Part shown: positions 53,701 to 64,000 of the stretch, one piece after another
Layout of the letters: the number at the start of each line of letters is the position of its first letter
Numbering within the stretch: position 1 is the first letter of the stretch
DNA from: Eledone cirrhosa
Taxonomy: Eukaryota
Length of the DNA stretch: 64,000 nt
Assembly (NCBI GenBank): GCA_964016885.1
Contig: OZ024743.1
Coordinates: 40,796,001-40,860,000, forward strand
Direction of reading: 5' to 3'
Position numbers and translations under genes: made by a program
The notes under the pieces: model-generated
Database searches by the model: none
Seen by the model: the letters and a program-made list of their open reading frames with translations, nothing else
What the model was told of the DNA's origin: nothing

Positions 53701-56580
53701 GATTAGCGAACTAGTTAAGCGGGCGTTGACGGGGGCCATCGTCAACAACAAGTGGTGGTTTGCTCTGAAAAGAGCGATTAGAATAGAATCGATTAGGTTT
53801 AGTAAGGCTTTAGCAATAGAGAAAAATAGAGCAGAGGGAGAACTAGTTAGAAAATTAGACGAGGCGCTTAGCAAAGGCATTGCGACCGACGTGCTTGCGG
53901 CGAAATTGGCCCTTGACCAATTCTTCAATGCAAAGCACGAAGGCTGCGTTGTCAGAGCAAGGGTGCGTGCTCTCAGACACGAGGGGACGAAAGCCGTTCA
54001 ATGGGCCCGAGTGGCGGAGGCGCGTCGTGGCAACAAAGCCACGATCCGGTCTTTGGTGGACCACGACGGGCGCATGCTACTCGATCCCGGGCAAATGTGT
54101 GAAGCTTTTCAGCGACACTTCGCTCAGCTGTTCGGGGGCAGCAGTGGGCCGGGTAGAGGGATGGACTTTAGTGTCTACCTCGACGGACTGCCGCGGCTCT
54201 CGGCCACTGAGGCGAAGTGTTGCGAAGTAAGGGAGGCAATGACTGGCTGCACAAGGGGTACATCGCCTGGTTTGGATGGTCTGCCCTATGAACTTTACGT
54301 ACAGATGCCAGACTTGTTCGGAGGCCTCTTGGCGGACGTCTACTGCAACTGGCAACAGAACGGGAGAATTCCCAGTTCTGTGAGCCGAGGAACGGTGGCA
54401 CTGCTGAGAAAGGATCCTAACAAGGCGGATAACATAGACAATTTCCGGCCCATAACTCTGCTAAACACAGAGTTTAAGATTTTGGCCAAGGTGCTAGCAA
54501 AGAGGTTGGCGCTTGTCGTTGGTGGTCTGGTGGGAGAGGCGCAGACATGCGCCATTCCCGACAGATCCATCCACGACAACCTCCACCTCATGCGATACAT
54601 CGTAGAGAGGGTAGCTAGGGAACCTGGCACGGGTGGGTCCTTGATCAATTTAGATCAGTCGAAAGCTTTCGATAGGGTCGACCATCGTTACCTAGCGGCA
54701 GTCCTGAGGGCGGCTGGCTTTGGGCCCGTCTTCAGAGGCTGGATCGCTGCCATGCACAGCGACTTCTGCTCTGTGGTGAGAGTGAACAGTCACCTGTCGG
54801 AACCGTTCAACATCATGCGCTCGGTCCGCCAAGGATGTCCCCTCTCGTCCCTCTTGTACGTATTGACTCTCGAGCCATTACTGCACAAACTGGAGACGTT
54901 GAGGGGAGTCCCGCGCGAACTAGGATGCGGAAGATCCGTGTCAGCATATGCGGACGATGTCACCGTAGTGGTGTCGAACGCCAAACACATCGAGGCGATC
55001 GGCACTACACTAAGAGAATACGAAGCGGTGACAGGAGCAATGATCAACCAGGAAAAGTCAGTGGGCCTGCAGCTCGGCACCTGGAGAGGCAGGTCCATGC
55101 CGTCCAACAGCGTCGTCGGACGCTGGACGGACGGACCGGTTAAATTGCTAGGGGTCTGGTTCGGTCCGGACCTCCATACGGACTAAAACTGGGACGAGGT
55201 GACGAGCAGGGTGGCTTCTCTCACCCAGAAATGGGCGGAGAGGAAGCTATCCCTGAAAGGTCGAGCGGAGGTGGCTAACGCGCACGTCGCGTCTGTCATC
55301 TGCTACGGCCTGACCGTCGTACCTTGTCCTAAGCCTCGCCTGACTGCGCTGGAGCGTTTGCTCTTTCGCTTTTTGTGGAAGGGACGTGCTCCGATGGTCA
55401 GGCGGTCCATCTGTTGTCAACACCCGCTACGTGGAGGGCTGGGCATGCCGTGGCTGATGATGCGCAGGCACGCGCTCAGGCTACGACAACTCCACCTCTT
55501 CCTCGACGGTGATCAGGTGTGGTCGCTGTTTGCTAGGCGCGTATTTGCGCAGCTCGTTTCCTTGACGGAGCTGCAGTCCTGGGTCAAGCGAAGACCGAGA
55601 GGGAGCGCCTGGAGACTGGAATGTCTTCAGGCGCTCACAGCCCTCGACCAATCGGGCAATGTGATCGGTGGAAACTCCACCTCGGCGTTCTATAGAGGAT
55701 TAGTGGAGGGTAAGAGCGACGACGTACTTGGGGAAAGTCTAGGCGTCGACGAAAATCAACTAGCCAATCTCTTCGGAAGAACTTTCGGGCCAGGGCCTAT
55801 GGACAACTTCCAGAAATCTCTGGCCTGGCAGTGCTACCGAGGAGCCTTGCCAGTTCGGGATAAACTCTACAGGCATGGAGGTGCCGTCAGCCGGGCATGT
55901 CCGAGATGCGCGCAGGGCGACGAAACCGTCCTGCACGCACTCGTCCAGTGTCCGAAAATTGCTGACTTGTGGGTTTATGTCGAACACCTGCTGTCGCGTT
56001 TAGGACGGATCCGGCTATCATCTGAGTCCATCGTGAGGATTGCCCCGCCCTCCTCCTTTAGCCGGGAAGGGCAGGCAGTTTTTATCTGTCTGGTGGCCAT
56101 GGCGAAAGAGATAGTATGGTGGACACGTTTGAAAGGGCTGAAGACGAGCACTTACCTCTTCGGTGATGCTCTGATTGACTTTTTCAAATTTCATTTGAAA
56201 AGGAAAATCAGAGTAGAGAGGGAAGTGCTCTCTTCCCAGCATTTTGTTGAAAGATGGGTGAGAGAAGCAAGAATGGCCCGAGTGAATGGGCCTACTCTGA
56301 GTATATATCTGTAAATTAAAGGTGGAAAACTGGGACAGGGCACTTGCCTTGGTGGTCAGGGTCATTGTGGCTTTTTACTGGGCTTTCTCCACAAATGTCC
56401 CTCCGAAGTCTCCCCCCTATTGGGGAATTTTTCATTGTTATTTTCATTGTTTTTTTTGTTACATCCTCTGTTTTTGTTTTTTACACGCAGAAATGCCCAT
56501 TTGTACCGTCCTGCATTGTCCTGCACTGTCCTTAATGTCTACTTTATGTAAACCCTTGTGGTTAATAAAGAAATCATTAT
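50748..56580 (+). mobile_element. Full-length-sized Tx1/L1-like LINE (copy B), less degenerate
   Basis: ORF1 with CIVCGEGTHLRAFC knuckle. ORF2 segments 53249-55186 and 55199-56314 are in the same frame, split by one stop; motifs SVRQGCPLS, SAYADD, GGLGMP and CPRC..ETVLHALVQC. (TTA)n at both ends. Confidence 0.94.
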
Positions 56581-56601
56581 TATTATTATCGTTATTGTTA
56601 T

Positions 56602-58751
56602 TCCTTGAATCTCAGTCATTGATGTTGGTTAACTGGAAAGTCCGTTGGATTGAATATCAAGCCACTACCTGCAGCCTCAGATATTCAGGACGTATCGGAG
56701 GGTTCTTGCTGTTCCAAGCAAGCATGCCTTTTGAAGCGTTCCAAAAAGCGTGAAGGGGCCGATTTTCTTTAACCATCCCTGGAAACCTTTGGAGATAGTT
56801 CCCAGTGCGCCTATGACAATCGGGATCACTTTGACTTCATGGCAGTTCCAAATCCTTTTCACCTCCCACTTTAGGTCCTGGTATCGGTTAATTTTCTCCC
56901 TCTCCTTCTCTTGCACTCTCGTGTCGAACGGGCAGGCCACATCCACAATCAGGCACGATCTTTTTTCTTTGTCCACAACTACCAGGTCAGGTCTATTGTG
57001 TTCCAGTTTTTTGTCCGTCTGTATCCTAAAATCCCACAGCACCTTCACCTGACTGTTCTCCATCACCGCCTCTGGCCTATGCTCATACCATTTCTCAGAA
57101 TGTGGTAGATTGTTTACTTTGCACAGGTGCCAGTGGATCACCCTGCCCATCACATCGTGTCTCCAGCCCTTATAGTGGGTCTGGGCTAGGTGTTTACACT
57201 CGGACACAATGTGAGCCACAGTCTCCTCTCTCTCTCCACAGATCCTGCACAGTGGGCTAGCCTCCTCCCTGTAGATATGGTGCTTCAACCACTTCGTTTT
57301 GAGGGCCTGCTCCTGCGCAGCCATTAGCATTCCTTCTGTAGCCTTTTTGAGGTCTCCTCTTCTCAACCAGTTCCATGTCTGTGGATCTCTAAATTCAGTT
57401 TTCTCAAAGAAGGTACTATGAAGGGATTTTCCCTTAAGGCTGCTCTTCCTCCTTGATGTTATTTCCTCCTTGGACATCCCCTGGCCTACTGTCCCCTCCT
57501 TCAGTACAGTTCTGAGCATTGGCTCCTTACTATAGGTCACGTATTTGTATAGGTTGTTTTTCTCCATCTGAACACAGTCCTCTATGTTGATAAGACCTCT
57601 TCCACCCTCAGATCTCCTTAGGTAGAGTCTATCGACATCACTCCTCTTGTGGAACATGTTGTAGATAGTCAATAGCTTCCTAGTCTTCCTATCCATTTCT
57701 TTCTGTTCAGCAACATTCCATCTCAGAATTCCCGCACTGTACCTAATAATAGACACAGCTCGGGAATTTACTGCGCTTATGGCATTTCTGCTGTTCAGAT
57801 GTGACTTCAATACGCTCCTTACTCTCCGAATGTATTCAGTTCTTAACAATTCCTTCATTTTTTTGTTCTTTATGCCATCAGCCTCCAGAACGCCCAAATA
57901 CTTGTATCCTTCCTCAGAGTCAATTTCCTATATCATCTCACCTGTTGGTATCTGGATCCCGTTACTTCTGCTCAACCTACCCCTCTTCATCACAATGACT
58001 CCACATTTACCAATACCAAATTGCATACATATATCACTGCTGAAAATACGGACAGTGTCAACAAGCACATCCAACTCCTTCTCACTTTTCCCGAAGAGCT
58101 TAAGATCGTCCATGAAGAGGAGGTGATTGATGGTAAGCTCTCCCCTTCCCAACTTGTATCCTGCTCTCACTTTTCGCAGCATAATGGTCAAGGGCATCAG
58201 GGCAAGGACAAACAACAGAGGGGACAGGCTATCTCCCTGGAAGATACCTCTCTTGATCTTCACGCTTCCCAAGGATACTCCAGTTGATGTCAACTCTGTC
58301 TCCCAGGACCCCATACTCCTGCCCAGCAACTGTCTGATGTTATCTGCCACCCTGAAGACCTCCAGGCTTTTGGTGATCCAGGAATGAGGCACCATGTCAA
58401 ATGCCTTTCTGTAGTCTATCCATCCCATGGCAAGATCAGTGTGTCTCCTCCTGCAATTCCCCATTACCATCTTATCAATAAGCAACTGGTCCTTTGTACC
58501 ACGTGACTTCTTTCGGCATCCTTTCTGTTCGTCCGGTAACAAGTTGTTTGTGTGGAGGTGATGGTAGATTTCCTCAGACACAATGCTCGTCAACAGTTTC
58601 CACATTGCGGGCAGACATGTGATAAGTCTATAGTTGGTAACATCATTACCCTTGATTCGGTCTTTCATTATCAGAACTGTGGTACCTTTTGTCAACCACT
58701 CTGGCACCTCACCCGACACCAAGCAGTCATTGAACATGGCCGTCAGCTTCG

Positions 58752-58752
<1 letters not shown>
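56602..58752 (-). mobile_element. 5'-truncated Dong/R4 LINE, same family as 4370-8186
   Basis: ORFs 57928-58752 and 56677-57897 are in frame, split by one TAG. Motifs [26 protein letters not shown] and RPDLVV..VDVACP; 3' UTR matches 8110-8186. Confidence 0.94.
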
Positions 58753-58795
<43 letters not shown>

Positions 58796-58796
58796 T

Positions 58797-60776
58797 GCAT
58801 TTATCTTGCTTTATGTTTATACGAGTTATCACCAAGTCACAACCAGTGACCTCAAGAGACAACAAGGTCCGCCATGTTCAAGAAAGAACACACATATTCA
58901 CACATGCATCCTTAGTGTTTAGACTTGTGATGTACTTATATTGACAGGATCTTCCTTAGTATATGGGCAGTTCCCATTAGTACTATCTTTTGTATTTCTC
59001 CTATACGCGGGTTTCCTGGGATTTGCGATAAGTAGTCGTTAGACCCCTTAGGTATCATTCCCAGAGCGCCTACAACCACTGGTATTGTTTTAGTTCTCAA
59101 TTTCCACATTTTTCCAATTTCTATCTCCAGGTCCTTATACTTGCTCAATTTTTCAAATGTTTTTATAGATACATTCTTGTCTATTGGAACAGACATATCA
59201 ATTAGCAGGCATACCCTCCTTTGAAAGTCCTTCAATATTATATCAGGTCTATTTGCATCTATTTTTCGGTCTGTTTGGATGCTAAAGTTCCACAAGATTG
59301 AGATGTGATCTTTTTCAAGTATGGGAGGTGGTTGATGCTCCCACCAATTCTTTTGATGGGGCAGGTCAAAATGCTTACACATTATCCAATGTATGTATTG
59401 TGCAGCTCTGTCATGCCTGTTTAGGTATTCGGTTGGAGCTATAGGACTGCACATTGAAATTATATGGTCAATGGTCTCTGGTTGTTTTTTGCATACACGG
59501 CATAATGGGCTGCACCCATTTTTTATTATGTTGGCTTGGTAATTTTTTGTTGGCAGACACTGATCTTGTGCCGATATAATCAGTCCTTCAGTCTCCGATT
59601 TCAGTCCAGAGGATGCCAACCACTGATGGGTTAAAGTTTTGTCAACATCAGGATTGTTAGCTCGCTCTGGGTATTTTCCATACAGAGGCTTTTCTTGCCA
59701 TTTCTTAGCCAGTTTCTGTAGCAGTTCTTTCTTTGCAGTTACTTTTACCTGCTTTGCTTTTTCTGTGTTTTCCATTTCAGCAGTAAATGGGACTTCTGAA
59801 ATGTGTAGTCCATTACTGTATCTTTGTGCATCTTTTGTAATGGAATATGATCTTTTGGTGCTTTCGTGTTTCAAAACGAGTTTGATCATCCAATCATGTG
59901 ATTCCCTTAGATATGTGGATAATCCAATTGTTGCAGTTTTCAACGCAATGTCTAACTGGATTAACCCACGTCCTCCTTCTTTCCTAGGGAGATATATTCT
60001 ATCTATGTCTGCCTTAGGGTGATGCATTCTGTGCATGGTTAAGAATTTTCGAATTTTTGTATCGAGCCTACGGATCTCTGTGCTTGACCAGTTGATGACA
60101 TTGTAACTGTAGGTTACTACTGGTATGGCAAGCGTGTTTATGGCATCGATCCTATTCCTTGCATTCAATTCCGTTCTTAAGATTGCTCTGACTCTGCGGT
60201 AACATTCCTTCCTTATCCTTTCCCTCATTGTCGAGTGCTTGATTCCGTCTCCTTCACAAACACCTAGATATTTGTAAGTTTGTTCTTGATCAAGCTCTCT
60301 TATCACGTTCCCCCGATCAAGATTAATGTCTGAACTCTTCAGCAGCTTTCCTCTGGTGAACGTTGCTTTGGCGCATTTATCCAGTCCAAACTCCATTTTA
60401 ATGTCATCACTGAACTGCTTCACAGTGGATAATAGCCCTTGCAATTGTTCATCATTTTTTGCAAATAGTTTCAGGTCATCCATGTAGAACAGGTGATTAA
60501 TGGTTTTGTCATAGACTCTATATCCATGTTTTGTTTCATTGAGCATTTTACTTAATGGTATAAGTGCGATGCAGAATAAAAGCGGTGATAAAGAGTCACC
60601 CTGAAAAATTCCACAATTAATGTTAACTTCTCCAGCTTCCAGTGATTTTGTTTCACTATTCAAAAGGAGTGTCGTTCTCCATGTCCTCATACTGAATGAC
60701 AAAAACCTCCTGATAACGGGGTATATTTTGAAAATCTCTAAACATTTTTCAATCCAACTGTGTGGCAAACTATCAA

Positions 60777-60778
<2 letters not shown>
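58797..60778 (-). mobile_element. 5'-truncated Dong/R4 LINE of a second family, with an intact 610-aa open frame
   Basis: [47 protein letters not shown]...LIDMSVP...EKLSKY; (TAA)n on the element strand at both ends. Confidence 0.94.
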
Positions 60779-60808
<30 letters not shown>

Positions 60809-61461
60809 CATCATCATTATTAGTAGTAGTAGAACAAGTGATTATTTTCATATACTATTTATTTCGAATTGCGTAGCTGTTTTATCGATACATTAAAGGA
60901 ATTGTCACGAACGTGTTATATTTTATATTTTATAGTTTTAAAAAAAGAAGATTTTTAACATATTCAAATAAAGCTAGATAAAGATAACTGAAAAGTTGAA
61001 AATCATGTCAGCGAAATGAACCAAAAAATATCTTCAGATTTTAATTTTTAAATACAAAAATATATATGTATATGTTGAATGCCGATACAAAATTTAAAAA
61101 CAAGGACCTCCACCAAAAAAAAAAAAAAGAATACGACAAAAAAACAACAACACATTCCTATTAAATAAATGATTTTTAAAAGACAACAACATAGAAAATT
61201 TGAATATTGAATCATGAAATTCAATTCCAGCATTTTCAACTGATAAATTCCATATAGTTATCAGAGCGTATGTTTTCTAATGTGTTGTATCTTCTGTATC
61301 TTTGGTATGGAAACCATAGAGGTGACTGGCACTCTGAAAGCTGACACACATACACACATATATATATATGTATATATAATCCATTTATCTCCCCGCATCT
61401 CCCTCACTCACTCTCTCTCTATCTCTCTCTCTCTCTCTCTATCTATCTAACTATCTATCTC

Positions 61462-61534
<73 letters not shown>

Positions 61535-61653
61535 CTTGTATGTATATATGAGAGGGTGATGCACGGTAAGAAATTGACAGCCTTAGATAAACACATACAA
61601 GATAGACGTTTACGCAATAAGGTGTCTACATCGCTATAATGCTGCTTCTGTTG

Positions 61654-61711
<58 letters not shown>

Positions 61712-63519
61712 AAATATCATCGCAATCACTTTACAATCACAAACAAAATGATGTCTGTAATAGTGGAAATACGGTGCCAACAGCTCAAATGTCTTTACGC
61801 ATCAAGAACTTTGCAGAAATACACCACCATACCACACCACAACAACCACCAACAGCTGTAGCAGAAGCCACTTCAAAAATATTACAGCGACACACAAGAA
61901 CTCATTTTAAATTATTGCAGAATTTGTACTGAACATTTTCTTTGACAACAAAAAACAAAAAAACAAAGATTAGAGAGAGATTTAGAAAGTGAGATATTTT
62001 TTTAAATGAAAAGTGTTATATACCGGGTTTTTATCCGTATTGCAATGTTGCTGCTATCATTGTGGTGGATTTTGATAGAGTTGCTTTTGTCGTTGTCGGT
62101 GATGTTGTCGTTGTCTGTTGCTGTTATTGCTTGTGATGGCGTCGTGTCAGCTGTTTTCACTATTGCTGTTGATATTGTATTTATTGTGTGAGTGTTCTCT
62201 ATATTGTTGTCGTTGCTGATGTTGCTGTTGTCGTCAAATTTGTAATCATGTGGCTGCTCTCGTCGTTGTTGTTGTTGTGGTTGTTTGTGGCTATTTAAAA
62301 AATATTTTACTTGTTATTGTGTTAACCCTTCTTGTGATGGTAGTTATTACGTTTAACATTTTTATTGTCATCATTTTGTTTTTGTCTTGTTACTTATCTA
62401 TTTCATCGTGTCTTTGACTGTATTTGTGAATTTAATGTTGCTAACGCAGTTCGATGGAATACTTGTAATCTAAAAGCTTCGTAGTCTCATGTTACATACC
62501 TAACATTTCAGTTTTAAATCCAGAGAAAATTCATAAAGACTCCATATTTTATTAATTCATCATATTATATATATTAAATATTATTTATGAGTGGAACATC
62601 CTCCTGTGCAATAAATCCAATGACGTATATATAGAATATCAGTGGTTATTTCTTCTTGATTTAAATCAATATATTTTTTGTTTTCTTACAGATGGGAGAT
62701 TATGATGTATCCTCTGTCGGTTTGGACAAGGTGTGCTCCAGTTAAGTAATCTACAGGATTACGTACTCAGAGAAAAGATGTATTATACTGTGATTTTTAT
62801 TCTACATACATTTATAGACCCATGACTTATACTCAACAAAGGGAAGTCAATGGGGATTTGAAAAAGAACACCCATATATATTTATATACATGAACACAGA
62901 ATATATATATTTTTTACTGACATGGTGGCAAAGTTCCGGTTTTCATGAGCGTCATGTACAATACATTATGACTCTCTCTCTCCTATATATATATATATAG
63001 GACAACAAGCACTTTACAAAGGCAGGCCATCCCTTCAACGAATTTCCTGCTTCAATGAAGCCAGCCAACTAAATTCTGCTAGCCATGTTAATGTCTGAGC
63101 AGGGTTTGTTTAAGTTCCATTTTCTAGACCTTTCAAAGTGGTATGGTTGAGCAAAGAATACACAAACAGGGCTGCTCAGAAACACAAGACTCCACCGAAG
63201 CATGCTGCTATTCAGGTTTACAGTACAGTGACGTCAGGATATGACTTGAGCCACCTATGTGTGGATTTGTGACTATGTGCTTCTAACCGGTTGAGTGTGC
63301 GCCGATGCGACTCGTCAGGCGCTGCAAGACTTGTAAAGAATTAACTGCACATAAAAATGGTAAAGCTACGTTATTGGGCTACACACAGAGCACACACTCC
63401 ATCGACGAATTTATATGTATACTGACAAGGTAAAGCAAGATAGTTACGAGGAATGCAGGTGTTATTGTCATATAGTTTAACCTCTGTAGGTGGTGTAGCC
63501 GTACTCATCAAGCTAGGGC

Positions 63520-63763
<244 letters not shown>

Positions 63764-64000
63764 TTAAACATAGTCTGAAATACATATATGCGTTTGGCTA
63801 ACTTTCACGGTGTGGCTCAATGAAAAATTAATTAAGCAAATAATCATTAATCAGAGGTATATATAAAATTGCAAGTTTGAAGAACTATTAGATAAAATAT
63901 ATATATCATTTACTCTCCCTAGTCCGTACAAATCAACCACATAAATAATCACCTAAATGAGGCTATAAGTTTCAAATGTAACTGAAAAAATAATAGACAA

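Noticed and set aside
46111-56365. Antisense and alternate-frame ORFs inside the LINEs
   Set aside because: Shadow frames of GC-rich or low-complexity retroelement sequence with no recognisable motifs.
62692-62730. Possible small plus-strand exon (MGDYDVSSVGLDK) after a good acceptor
   Set aside because: Weak donor (GTGTGC), no recognisable homology and no supporting neighbouring exon.

Overview
Eukaryotic, highly repeat-rich genomic DNA. The SINE family and microsatellite load suggest a coleoid cephalopod such as an octopus; this is inference. The only host-gene sequence I can support is one 108-nt minus-strand exon of a furin-activated matrix metalloproteinase (36697-36804; PRCGVPD cysteine switch, RKKR|Y), so much of the window is probably MMP intron. 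The rest is retroelements and simple repeats: three Tx1/L1-like LINE copies, three Dong/R4 restriction-like-endonuclease LINEs, a CR1-like LINE, two RTE fragments, a 5'-truncated Penelope-like element (RT + GIY-YIG) between inverted pseudo-LTRs, many short Penelope-type remnants, about ten copies of a tRNA-derived SINE, a probable non-autonomous Helitron and a MITE-like element. Four observations stand out: (1) a series of minimal hammerhead-ribozyme-like motifs, including a non-canonical CAGUUGA core conserved in three copies; (2) many fold-back palindromes built from these (TA)n-embedded units; (3) an apparently (TTA)n-targeting Tx1 family whose 3' tail resembles the SINE tail; (4) strand-specific partitioning of microsatellite targets among element types. 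Most ORFs in the supplied track are microsatellite artefacts. All alignments and folds were read by eye, so boundaries are approximate.
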